Positions 10,190 to 19,617 are shown, numbered from the stretch's first letter. The stretch: DNA of 64,000 nt from an uncultured Chloroflexia bacterium (GCA_963727915.1 CAVSID010000001.1:124954-188953), one strand, 5' to 3'. The notes: generated by a model not told the origin, from the letters alone. Translations and numbers: made by a program.

Positions 10190-11139
10190 AGGATTGTCTC
10201 CGTTTTCAGCAAGGCAGTGGCAAGACCCAGTACATCTTCAGCAAGCGCCGCCCGCGCCGCTCCGTCAAGCATAACGGTCCCGGTCACGAGCGTCTGAATT
10301 CCCATCTCACGGATGGATGCGGCGAAATCTTCGTCCTGGTTGTCAATCACGAACCCGTCGAGCAGGTCGTTGAAGTGCCCGGCGACGGCCGCCGCATCAG
10401 CCCGCAATCCGAGCTCCCGGGCCATCTTAGCTGCCGGCCCCTTGATGGCTCGCCCCCCGACGATGGGCGAGACCCCCAAAACGGGTTTTGATGTGATGGC
10501 CTGGCGCACGCCGGGCACATTCAGGATAGGATCAAGGCTGACCCAGGGATTGGACGGGCAGAACACAACCACATCGGCCCATGTTAACGAATCCAGTACA
10601 CCCGGAGCCGGCTGCGCCCGTGAGGCGCCTTCAAAGCGAAATCCCTTGACTTTGGGCTCGCATCGTCTGGCCACGAAGTAGGTCTGAAAAGAAAGATCGC
10701 CCTCGTCGGTTTCAACCACTGTTGGTATGGAATCATCGCTCATCGGCAGAACGGAAACGGTCACACCCAGAGCGCGCGACACCTGCTGGACGAAACCGCT
10801 CAGGGTCATCCCCTCGTGAAGCGCCTGAGTCCGAAGCACATGCAGCGCAACGTCCTTGTCCCCCAATCGAAACCAATCTGGCCCGCCCATGGCCTTCAGA
10901 CTCTCCATGAAGTGCCAGCTGTCGTCCGCTCGCCCCCAGCCCGTTTCGGGATTGGCGATACCGGCCAATGTGTACAGGACCGTGTCCAGGTCGGGGCAGA
11001 TGTGTAGGCCCAGGTGGTCGAAATCGTCCCCGGTATTGACGACGGCCCTGAGGTGGCCGGGAGGCAGCACGGCCGCCAGGCCGTCAATGAGCTTGGCCCC
11101 CCCGACACCCCCGGCCAGAGCAGTTACCTTCAGCGCCAC
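10186..11139 (-). CDS. cofD: 2-phospho-L-lactate transferase CofD/FbiA. The start is probably the GTG at 11139, not the track start at 11226.
   Basis: KVTALAGGVGGAKLIDGL...VNTGDDFDHLGLHICPDLDTVLYTLAG...GWGRADDSW is the classic CofD N-terminus. The GTG at 11139 overlaps the stop of the nitroreductase gene. Confidence 0.9.
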   Translation of the reverse strand: MALKVTALAGGVGGAKLIDGLAAVLPPGHLRAVVNTGDDFDHLGLHICPDLDTVLYTLAGIANPETGWGRADDSWHFMESLKAMGGPDWFRLGDKDVALHVLRTQALHEGMTLSGFVQQVSRALGVTVSVLPMSDDSIPTVVETDEGDLSFQTYFVARRCEPKVKGFRFEGASRAQPAPGVLDSLTWADVVVFCPSNPWVSLDPILNVPGVRQAITSKPVLGVSPIVGGRAIKGPAAKMARELGLRADAAAVAGHFNDLLDGFVIDNQDEDFAASIREMGIQTLVTGTVMLDGAARAALAEDVLGLATALLKTETIL

Positions 11140-11744
11140 AGGACAACCTCGTCCAGCGTCCTGCGATCCCGATCGCGGCCTGCCTCGTCCGGGTAGCCTA
11201 AGGCGATCATCCCTTGGGCCTCCCAATCAGATGGAAGATCCAATTCCTGGCGCACAATGACCGGCGTGAACAATGGCGAGCACAGCCAGCATGCGCCAAG
11301 GCCTTCAGCGTGAGCGGCTAGCAGCAGCTGCCCGCCCGCCAAAGCGGCGCTCTGGACGGCCATGGTGTGCTCAGCGGTCCGACGGTCGCCATCCGGGTAG
11401 CTATCCATGTCCTGCATAGTGAGGAACAACATCACCACAGCCGCTGCACCCAGCATCCGGTCACGGCCGCGGGCCACAATTCGTTCGATCTCATCTGGCG
11501 GCAGACCATCGCGTGCCAGATCAGCCCGAAATGTTTCCGACATGGTCGCAATCAATTGTCTCCGAAGTTCATCATCCTGCAGCACGACGAACCGCCACGG
11601 CTGTCGATTGTGGGCCGATGGGGCCCGGCAGGCAGCCTCCAGGATCCGCCGCAGGACCGCCCTCTCAAGAGGTTGGTCGGTGAACTTGCGGATGGAGCGC
11701 CGGGTAGCGACAAGCTCCTGGAAGGCTTTCTGGGTATCTGTCAC
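11130..11744 (-). CDS. Stand-alone nitroreductase-family protein resembling the C-terminal domain of FbiB (candidate dehydro-F420-0 reductase)
   Basis: RRSIRKFTDQPL...APSAHNRQPWRFVVL...YPDGDRRTAEHTMAVQSAALAGGQLLLAAHAEGLGACW...DWEAQGMIALGYP. It sits inside the cof operon. Confidence 0.7.
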   Translation of the reverse strand: MTDTQKAFQELVATRRSIRKFTDQPLERAVLRRILEAACRAPSAHNRQPWRFVVLQDDELRRQLIATMSETFRADLARDGLPPDEIERIVARGRDRMLGAAAVVMLFLTMQDMDSYPDGDRRTAEHTMAVQSAALAGGQLLLAAHAEGLGACWLCSPLFTPVIVRQELDLPSDWEAQGMIALGYPDEAGRDRDRRTLDEVVLWR

Positions 11745-12175
11745 CTGTTGGTAAAGAAAGACTTGGCCCTAATTGTGTAGATGACCCGGGTTTGTCCTTC
11801 GGTCGATCTCGGAAAGCGATCAACCCCGTGGTACTTCAAAGCCAGATGGTCCAAATGAGCCTTGGCGTCTGCCTCGGTTCGGGCGACGACCTCGCCGCGT
11901 ACCTGAAGATAGCGATAGGGATTTTCGGGATCGATGATCGTGAGCGCCACTGCGCCTCGCTGGAGCATATTTCTATCCTTGATATTCCCGCTGGTCGTGT
12001 TCACTCTGAAGTCGCCATCCAGGACGTCAAACCACATGGGTGTCGCGTGCGGGCGTCCATCGGGCATCAATGTGGCCAGCACAGCGAAGGCCCTCTTATC
12101 GAACGACACCAAGTCCTGGGCTGATTCTGGGATTTGCATGCCAGGGTGAACCTCCGAGGCCAATTGCCACAGCAC
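11741..12175 (-). CDS. PPOX-class (split beta-barrel FDOR) probable F420-dependent enzyme. The ATG at 12139 is the more likely start.
   Basis: FAVLATLMPDGRPHATPMWF...NTTSGNIKDRNMLQRGAVALTIIDPENPYRYLQVRGEV fits the pyridoxamine-phosphate-oxidase-like FDOR family. GGAGG lies upstream of the 12139 ATG. Confidence 0.7.
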   Translation of the reverse strand: MLWQLASEVHPGMQIPESAQDLVSFDKRAFAVLATLMPDGRPHATPMWFDVLDGDFRVNTTSGNIKDRNMLQRGAVALTIIDPENPYRYLQVRGEVVARTEADAKAHLDHLALKYHGVDRFPRSTEGQTRVIYTIRAKSFFTNR

Positions 12176-12281
12176 CGGAGTGGAAGGGAGGCCCTTCCAC
12201 GATAGCGCCGGCCCTCACGGGCACCGGCACCTCCTATTCTAACGGATTGGCGCTTCCACCTGAATCACCCCTTTGTCTCCC

Positions 12282-13065
12282 CTAGCGGAACAGGTCCTCC
12301 GATTTGGGCCGCAGAAGCTCGCCCAGGGAGCCATCCCGCAGGGGATAGGGCAAACCGCGCACATGCACGAACGGGCGCCCCTCATCGGCCTGACCCATCA
12401 GCGCCGATGCCGCCGCGGCCAGTTCGTCTGCCAAACCAACTTGGGTGATCTTTAGCGGCTCGCCGAAACAGGTCTGGCCGCCCCCTCAGATCCAACAGCG
12501 CCGGGAAGTGAAACACGCCAATCGCTACACCCACCGTTCCCATGCGCCAGGCACGTCCGTGGGAATCGATGATCAGGACGCCAACTTCAGCTCCGGTTGC
12601 CGCTTCGAGAGTTTGGCCGAGGCGCCGGGCCGATGCATCCGGGTCCTGCGGCAGGAGAAGAACCCATGGTTCGTCTTCTCGGCCTGGCTCGCCGGCCACG
12701 TTCGAGTGGTCGACTCCGGCGTTGGCGCTGACGAACCCCAGCCGGTGCTCGACCACCAACACACCGGAGTGAGACCGGAGGACTTCGGAGCTTTCACCCA
12801 GAACAACCTCGACCAGGCGGGGGTCCTTGCCGACGTCTTGCGCCAGGCTGATGGCCTGGGGAGAAGCTACGACATCGTTGAGACAGACCAACCGCCCCTC
12901 GGACTTGGAAACCACCTTTTGGGCAACCACCAAGACATCACCCGATTGGAGAGCTATGCCACAGGCCTGCAATCCGGCCCGGACCAAGGCCGACAAATCG
13001 TCCCCCGGATGCACCAGCGGCACATCAGGCAGCGCGGTCAGCGTGAGTTGGTATGGGGCCGTCAC
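12282..13065 (-). CDS. cofE: Coenzyme F420-0:L-glutamate ligase CofE (one frame break near 12465)
   Basis: ORF 12382..13065 carries VVAQKVVSKSEGR...GFVSANAGVDHSN...IIDSHGRAWRMGTVGVAIG. After ...RGRPDLF the reading CTG TTT c GGC GAG continues in the next frame as GEPLKITQVGLADELAAAASALMGQADEGRPFVHVRGLPYP...EDLFR, with a stop at 12282. Confidence 0.85.
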
Positions 13066-13730
13066 TTCTTCAGTCCCACTACCTTGATTGATCCACGCAG
13101 GGATTTGTAGTGCTTGTTCATGCGGATGATCACGGCCGTCAGGCCTTCGATAACCACGGCGTTGTCGAGTCCGCCAGCGAAGTAGCCGTTCATCCCGGCG
13201 CCCTCTGCCAGTTTGATGACTTCCTCGGCAGCGGCCTCATCATCGGCGCAGATCAACACGTCCACATCGATGGGTTCTTCGGGTTTCTTCTTTAACACGA
13301 AGGCCGGCGCGGTTTGGAAGCCCGCCACGACGCGCACTCCCTCCCCGAGGATCTCCTGGGCGGTGCGTGCCGCCGACGGCGGCTCCGGCGGCCGGGCGTC
13401 GCGAAAGTCCACCCGGGCCGTCGTATCCACCAGAATCTTGCCCTGCAGATCATCCTTGAGACTCTTCAGGGCGGCGTCGTGGGCCGTGTAGTCCACGGTC
13501 AAGATGGCGATATCTGCTTTGCGAGCTGCATCCGCATTCTCCATCCCCTGGATGGTATCGAGGCCGAGCTCTTCATTGAGTTGGGCGGCCACCCCTTGCG
13601 CCTTCTCAGCCTGCCGAGATCCGATCAGGACCTGGTATCCGGCTTTGGCCCAACGGCTCGCCAGCGCCGGGCCCGACTGCCCGGTGCCCCCCAAGACGGC
13701 CAGGGTCAGGATCAAACGTTCGTCAGTCAT
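13062..13730 (-). CDS. npdG: NADPH-dependent F420 reductase (F420:NADP+ oxidoreductase)
   Basis: LAVLGGTGQSGPALASRWAKAGYQVLIGSR...ADIAILTV match the Rossmann N-terminus and length of NpdG/Fno. There is a 27-nt gap after ssnA and a 4-nt GTGA overlap with cofE. Confidence 0.8.
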   Translation of the reverse strand: MTDERLILTLAVLGGTGQSGPALASRWAKAGYQVLIGSRQAEKAQGVAAQLNEELGLDTIQGMENADAARKADIAILTVDYTAHDAALKSLKDDLQGKILVDTTARVDFRDARPPEPPSAARTAQEILGEGVRVVAGFQTAPAFVLKKKPEEPIDVDVLICADDEAAAEEVIKLAEGAGMNGYFAGGLDNAVVIEGLTAVIIRMNKHYKSLRGSIKVVGLKK

Positions 13731-13757
13731 GTACCCTCCAGAATCTCGTCCGACGCC

Positions 13758-15117
13758 CTAGTCGGGCGGTACGTTCTGGTTGTACCGTGCCCAAACGGCG
13801 GGAACACGCTCACGAGCCTTGGCCATGATTTCGGCTTCGTCCAGGGTCAGCAGCTCTCGGTCCCGCATGAGCAGGCGGCCGTCGACCATCGTGGCGGTCA
13901 CCATCAATTCGTGGAAACCAAACACAATATGCCAGGGGAGGTTGCCTGCATGGACTGGCGTCGTGGGATGGTAGTTCACCAGGATCAAATCGGCCCGGGC
14001 ACCGGTCTGGATAACGCCGAGCGGCGCCCCCGGGAAGAAGCCGCTCGCCAACGCTGCGTTGTTCACGACGGCCATCTGGGCCAGTTTGTCGGCCGGCATG
14101 CGGCGCGGATCACGATGCCACACTTTGTGCAGCAGGTAAGCCGTCTTCCATTCTTCCCACATGGCGTTGGAGAACCCATCGTTGCCCAGGCAAACCCGCA
14201 CGCCCATGCGCAAGAGCGAATCGACGTCCGCCACGCCGACGCCGTTGTTCATATTGGAGCGGGGCTGATGGCTGACCCAGCTTCCGCACTCCGCCAGAAG
14301 TTCCATCTCGCGTCCGTCCACATGGATGGCATGCGCCACGATTGTGCGTTGGTCGAGAATTCCGTGTTCAAGCAAGCGGTCGACGATGCGCGAACCTGAT
14401 TTCTGAAGACTATCGTACTCGTCGGCTTCATGCTCAGCGACATGGATATGAAATGCCGTGTCCGCAGGTGCGGCCCGACGGCAGGCATCCAAGCTCTCGT
14501 CGGACAGCGTCAGGCTGGCGTGCAGGCCAAAAGCAGCCGCCACGCGCCCGCCGGCGACCGAGCCGGTCGAGCAGCGCTCGATGAAGCGCACATTCTCTTC
14601 CCGTCCGGACGCCGATTTGGCTTCGCCATCCCGATCGGTGACTTCGTAGCACAAGACGGCCCGCAATCCGGAACGGTCGACGGCATCGGCGATTGTGTCC
14701 AGAGATCCGGCAATGGCGTTGGGGGAGGCATGATGATCGATCAAGGTGGTCGTGCCGTGGCGGATGGCGTCCACCAGGCAAACCAGCGCCGAGTAGCGCA
14801 CATCTTCGTCATCCAGAGCTTTGTCGAGCGGCCACCACAGTTTTCGAAGCACATCTGGGAAATCTCGCGGCGGGCGGCCGGGAATGGCCATGCCGCGGGC
14901 GAACGCGCCATAGAAGTGCGTATGGGCACAGATGTTGCCGGGCATCAACCATTGGCCTCGCCGCGTCCAGCGTTTCCTCGTCGGGGTGCGCCTGGGCCAG
15001 CTCGGCGGTCGGCCCTACGGCATCGATTGTGCCATTTTTCACAAATAGGGAATGGTCTTCGAGGATTTGGTTGGGCTGACCCCAGGTGACCAGGCAGGCG
15101 TGGGTGATGAGCATCAT
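13758..15117 (-). CDS. ssnA: SsnA-like putative aminohydrolase (amidohydrolase superfamily). One frame break near 14963.
   Basis: ORF 13758..14948 reads MPGNICAHTHFYGAFARGMA...LRKLWWPLDKALDDEDVRYSALVCLVDAIRHGTTTLIDHHASP...HIHVAEHE...RSNMNNGVG. This tracks E. coli SsnA blocks (LWWRLDRALDEE, VIDHHASP, ARSNMNN), recalled from memory. The N-terminal 55 aa (MMLITHACLVTWG...) lie in ORF 14809..15162. I chose the ATGATG at 15117 preceded by GGAG as the start. Confidence 0.8.
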
Positions 15118-15458
15118 CAACTCCTGGATGCTACGCGCTTCGCGCTGGGCCAGCGCGAGCATAGCCAGAGCAGCGGTTTACAACGCAGTTTAGAACGGTG
15201 GGAAATCAGCTGGTGAGGGGGCTGCGGCACGCCGGGAGAGGCGGAGGGGATCATGCTCGCCCCGCCGACATTGGTGGTGGCATTGTGTGCGGTATTGACA
15301 ATTCGGGCCTCGTGCCGTCCCATGCCCGGTCTCGTCCCGGGCACGTAGTTGTGCCTATCGGCAGCCAGCGCCTGGCTGGACCGTGAATTCAACCAACCGC
15401 CCATGAGGCACGCTATGCTGGCGGTGCAGGAGCGGTGGATGAATCCGCGGCAAGCGTC

Positions 15459-15487
15459 ATTCTAGCACGCAGATTCGAGGGAAACAA
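15459..15487 (-). promoter_or_regulatory. Candidate sigma-70-type promoter (TTGTTT - 17 nt - TGc TAGAAT) heading a ~335-nt leader to ssnA
   Basis: The reverse strand reads TTGTTTccctcgaatctgcgtgcTAGAAT, with -35 at 15482-15487 and -10 at 15459-15464. It lies 35 nt downstream of the hydantoinase stop. Confidence 0.5.
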
Positions 15488-15522
15488 ACCCACCGCCCTT
15501 CGCCACCTCCAGACCTGCTGTC

Positions 15523-16948
15523 CTAGACGATTGCGGCGCCCGAGAGCCGGTGCTGAAAGCGGCCCATGCCGGGTTTACCAAGCCATCGGTTGCCATCGAC
15601 GATCATTTCCCCGCGCAGGAACACTTTTTCGGGGAACCCCTGCAGTTCCCAGCCTTCGAAAAGATTGTAGTCCGTGCGATGCTTGGCATGGGCGACGCCG
15701 TACGTCAGCCGCCGTTCCGGATCCCAGATCACGATATCGGCGTCCGCCCCCGGCACAAGTGCACCTTTGCGAGGGTAGAGGCCGAAGATCTTGGCAGGAT
15801 TCGTGCTGGTGAGCGCCACGAATTGGTTGGGAGTCAGGCGCCCTTGGCCCACGCCGTATGACCACAGAACCGGGAGCCGATCCCCGACCCCAGGCAGGCC
15901 ATTGGGGATCTTGGTGAAGTCCTCGGCGCCGAGCTCCTTGCCAGGGATGGCCACCGGTTGTCCCTCATATTCAATCGGCTTCGTGCCATCAAAGAAGAAC
16001 GGACAGTGGTCGGTGCCCACCGTCTGAATCACGTCACGGCTCAGACCCTGCCACAATCCGCGTTGGTCATCCGGCGTGCGGATCGGCGGGGAACACACCC
16101 ACTTGGCGCCGTCGGGGCGTGAAAGCAGGTCATCACTAAAGAAGAGATATTGAGGGCAGGTCTCGCCCATCACCGGCAGCCCTTTTGACCTCGCGTAGGC
16201 CAGTTGATCGACCTCACCGGCGGTGTTCATATGCACAACGTACAGGGGAGAATCGGCCTGAGCCGCCAGGGCAACTGCTCTGAGGAAAGCCTCAACTGCT
16301 CCCCAGGCGGGCCTGGTGCGTGCATGGTACTCAGCCGATGTATGGCCAGCCGCCAGGGCTTCGCGTACAAGCACGTCAATCACATCGCCATTCTCGCCGT
16401 GCAGCATGGTGAGCATGCCGTGCTCGGCACCTCGCCGCATCACCTGAAAGATCTCCCCGTCCTGCAGCCTGAGCCTTCCGTTGTAGGCCGTGAACACTTT
16501 GAGGGTGGTGATTCCCAGGTCCACCAAGGACGGTATTTCGTCGAGAACCTGCTGGTCGAGGCGGGTGATGTTGGCATGGAATCCGAAGTCGATTGCCGCC
16601 CGTCCATCCGCCCGCTCGTGCCAGGCGTCAACGCCCGCTCGCAAACTTCCCTCGTCGAGCTGAGGGACGAAGTCAAGACGCGGTAGTGGTTCCCCCAAAG
16701 GCCGCTGCCTTGTGGCCAGTGTAGTGGTCATCGGATGACACTGTGTCGAACATGGGCAGGTTGAAGTGGGTGTGCGGATCGATGCCGCCCGGCATCACGA
16801 GTTTGCCGCTGGCGTCGACCACTTCCCCGTCCTCGCCATCGAAGTGCTCGCCGATGGCGACGATGCGCTGGTCATCGATCAGGATGTCGGCCGAAAAGGT
16901 TTCTTCGGCGGTGATCAGGGTGCCACCCTGGATCACTGTGCTTCCCAT
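15523..16948 (-). CDS. hydA: Dihydropyrimidinase / D-hydantoinase (cyclic amidohydrolase). One frame break near 16690.
   Basis: ORF 16673..16948 (GGTLITAEE...MPGGIDPHTHFNLP...AAAFGGTTT) and ORF 15523..16731 (LDFVPQ...AIDFGFH...TLKVFTAYNG...HGENGD...VVHMNTA...VGTDHCPF) form one enzyme. The junction ACC ACT ACC g CGT CTT GAC TTC carries one extra base. Confidence 0.9.
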
Positions 16949-17053
16949 GTTCGTTTCCTCCGCCCCTACCGGTGGACTTCGAGACTGACGGGCACCAACA
17001 TTATAGGCCCCCGGACGGCGGGAAGGTGCCCTGGCGGCGGATCAGGAAGAGGG

Positions 17054-17088
17054 TCTAAATCGCAAAGGCAGCCCGATGGGCTGCCTTT
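17054..17088 (-). terminator. Probable intrinsic terminator after the Zn-ribbon gene
   Basis: The reverse strand reads AAAGGCAGCCC-auc-GGGCUGCCUUU followed by GCGAUUUAGA. An 11-bp stem is seen directly in the sequence. Confidence 0.5.
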
Positions 17089-17111
17089 GTATGCGCCGAA
17101 CAACACCGGGT

Positions 17112-17630
17112 TCAGTTCAAGAAGTATTCGGTGCCGCAGTAGGGGCAGGTCACAACCCCTTTCCCCACGAGCTTGAGCTGCCCGCCGCAGTTTTTGCACT
17201 TGTCGAGTTCCCTTAGAGCTGACGCATCCTGAGAATACAGGATACCTTCATCCCAGTTGATGAAGCCGGTGAACAGCCCCATCCCCACCAAAGAATGGAT
17301 CTCCTCCTGCACCTGACTGCGGCTCGAGCCCAGTTCAAGCACCAGGTCGCTGATTGGCACCTGGCCCCGGCTCTTAACCTCATCCAGGATGCGCCTGAGT
17401 TCGGTGCGCTCGGCATCCTCCGCCGCTTCTCTTCCACTACGGACCAGCAAGAACATCCCGGCCCCGATCAGAGGTAGGACCACGATGGCCAGGAAGGCAC
17501 CCCCGAGTACTGCCCCGGTCACCTGCAGTCTGCCTCCAGTGACGCTGGCTACAAGCCACAGCACGCCGATCAGCGCCAGGGCAAGCCCGCCGCCGATCAG
17601 GAGTATTCCCATCAATCTTCCACTTCTCAT
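17112..17630 (-). CDS. Membrane protein with 2 TM helices, a winged-helix-like segment and a C-terminal CxxC...CxxC zinc ribbon. Function unknown.
   Basis: I trimmed the track ORF 17112..17960 to the ATG at 17630, giving MRSGRLMGILLIGGGLALALIG. The C-terminus is CKNCGGQLKLVGKGVVTCPYCGTEYF. The upstream 110 codons are out-of-frame DUF2207 tail sequence. Confidence 0.6.
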   Translation of the reverse strand: MRSGRLMGILLIGGGLALALIGVLWLVASVTGGRLQVTGAVLGGAFLAIVVLPLIGAGMFLLVRSGREAAEDAERTELRRILDEVKSRGQVPISDLVLELGSSRSQVQEEIHSLVGMGLFTGFINWDEGILYSQDASALRELDKCKNCGGQLKLVGKGVVTCPYCGTEYFLN

Positions 17631-17661
17631 GGCTGGTATGCTCCGTTGTTGGTCGTGGGCA

Positions 17662-19544
17662 TCATCCGAAACCGGCACTGCCGCCCCCGCCACCGCCCCC
17701 ACCGCTGAACCCTCCGCTGCTGAAACCGCCCGCCACCGCTTCCACTTGAAGACGGCGCCGAGCCCAAAACACGGCCAGTGCTGTTCAGCATCTGGGTCAA
17801 GCCGTCGCTCATGCTCTGCAATCCGCCCGACAGATTGTCGGACATCCCCTGCAACCCCCCGCTGCCAGAGCCAGTCATGGCCGGCGTGGTGCTGGCCAGG
17901 CCCCCAGGGCGGCCACTGCCGCCGCCCGTGCCATACGGGCCGCCATACGGAATGTACCAACCAGGGGCAGGGGTATTCGTCATGGTCGAGAACTTGTGCA
18001 CAAAGGATTGGTTCATGCCGAAGGCAATCGCGTACGGCAAGTAGCGTTCGAAAAGATCGCCCAATTCTTTGATGTCATTGAGCTGGTCGATCTTAGCCAG
18101 GTAGTTCTTGAAGGCTTTCCAACGTTCGGCCGCCTCGGCACCGGCCCAGGTCTTGGCAGGCATGAAATTGCCTGCCACCAGGGCTGCCACCCCGGAGACA
18201 CCCAGCGCCAAGGGCAGGCAGGTCAAAGCGCCGGCATAGGTCGCCAGAGGAAAGAGGATGAAGCCCGAGACGAAGGCGACGGCCAGAACTGCGATCCCGA
18301 TGCCAATCCACAACTTGCGTGTTCTGTCCGGGCTGGCCTTGAAGAAGCCGTGCGTCACGAGTTGTTTGTAAAGGCCCTTTTGGATATCGGGCAAGCGGGT
18401 ATAGAACTTGTTCTTCAGATCGCTCAGGTCGCGCTCGGTCTTGTGCCCAGTGAAGATGCCATGCATGATCTCGCGCTCGTAGTCATTGAGCTCGCTGAAA
18501 TCGTCCTTCTGCTTGCGGAATACGAAATCGGTGGACCCTAACCCGAGGAAGCCTTTCGTCTCGGACTCTTCGATGGTCATATACCCGCGGCGGGCCAGAT
18601 CAACAATGCTGGCCACTACGTCTTGCATGTCCGCCCGCTCATCGATCAGGGTGCCCAGAATTCCGGGTGGCAGATCCTCCGGAGGTTCGGTAACGTACTC
18701 GGGAACGTCAGCCACCTTGGGATCCCGACCCCGCATATACCACAGCAGATAGACGCCGAGAGGCCCGCCAAAGGCAAGCAGGACGGCCAACAGCCCGACG
18801 ATGCAGGTTGAGTGCCGGTCGAACGGTTCGGTCGTAGGCCTCGGCCTGGTCAACGCTGGCCTGCCACGCGGGCGGGTTGGATGGGATGATGCCGTGTGTG
18901 AACTCAACCCCGATTTCCATTCGGTCGCTGGCCGACATGCCGTTATCGGCCACAAACGAGACCGACGTGCCATCCGGACTCTGCCGCCATTGGGTGTTGA
19001 CCCCGGCCGAGTCGATGGTCATGAACTTGGCCCCGCTAGGTAGGAACACGGTCGTGCTGGCTTCCTCGATCGGGAAGTCCCGCTGGTTGTCAATGGCAAT
19101 CCACTGCAGCTTGTCGCCTGAGTCGTAGATCCTCACGCCGCCATGCACTGTGTAGGCAATGTCGTACGAACGCGTGGTATCGCTCAGCTGTGGGAAGTAC
19201 CAGTAGATCTCCAGATTGCCGCCGCTTTGCTCCGCGGTGAACGTGTATGGCGTGCCACTGTACCCGACTTGCTGGTACGTTTGCCCCCCGGGCTCACTGA
19301 TGGTCACATCGCTAATCCCATTGGTTTTGTCCAATGGAATCACCCGATAGCCGTGGGTGAAGCTGCCCGACGTGAAGCGGATTTGCTGATGCTCGACAAC
19401 TCGGAGATCCCCATTGGGCTGGATGCTCAGAGAGACGTCATAGCGGTCCCAAACCAGCGTCTTCGATTGTGCGCGGGCCGGGAAACTCGGTGCGAGGAGC
19501 AGGGTCGCAATGAGCGCCAGGACGAGCAGACGCAGTTTTCGCAT
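17662..19544 (-). CDS. DUF2207-family membrane protein with signal peptide and Gly-rich tail (frame breaks near 18830 and 17745)
   Basis: The N-terminus is MRKLRLLVLALIATLLLAPSFPARAQS...VWDRYDVSLSIQPNGDL. The middle part is LLWYMRGRDPKV...EPPEDLPPGILGTLIDERADMQDVVASIVDLARRGY. Re-framing the tail gives GGGGFSSGGFSGGGGGGGGSAGFG with a stop at 17662. Confidence 0.8.
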
Positions 19545-19617
19545 GAAGGGCCTCACATCCTGTGACGAGACACACATCCGAGACATTGTGATCAAGATCA
19601 TGGCAATCATACACGCG

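Noticed and set aside
10186-11226. Full-length 346-aa CofD ORF starting at 11226
   Set aside because: The first 29 codons (MGGPRDDRLRLPGRGRPRSGSQDAGRGCP) overlap the nitroreductase gene and look non-coding. The conserved CofD N-terminus begins at the GTG at 11139.
15117-15404. 95-aa ORF ending exactly at the ssnA start (TGATGATG overlap), considered as a real upstream gene
   Set aside because: The sequence (MGGWLNSRSSQALAADRHNYVPGTRPGMGRHEARIV...) has off-frame GC-rich composition, no SD and no motif. I treat the region as a non-coding leader.
1-16948. Labelling the cluster a selenium-dependent molybdenum hydroxylase system because of ssnA
   Set aside because: I see no yqeB/yqeC-type accessory genes, no selD and no other selenium markers in the window. 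The XdhC here is of the ordinary type. The selenium link cannot be supported from this sequence.
17631-17960. N-terminal 110-codon extension of the Zn-ribbon ORF (track ORF 17112..17960)
   Set aside because: That stretch is the out-of-frame Gly-rich tail of the DUF2207 gene. The ATG at 17630 begins the hydrophobic N-terminus.
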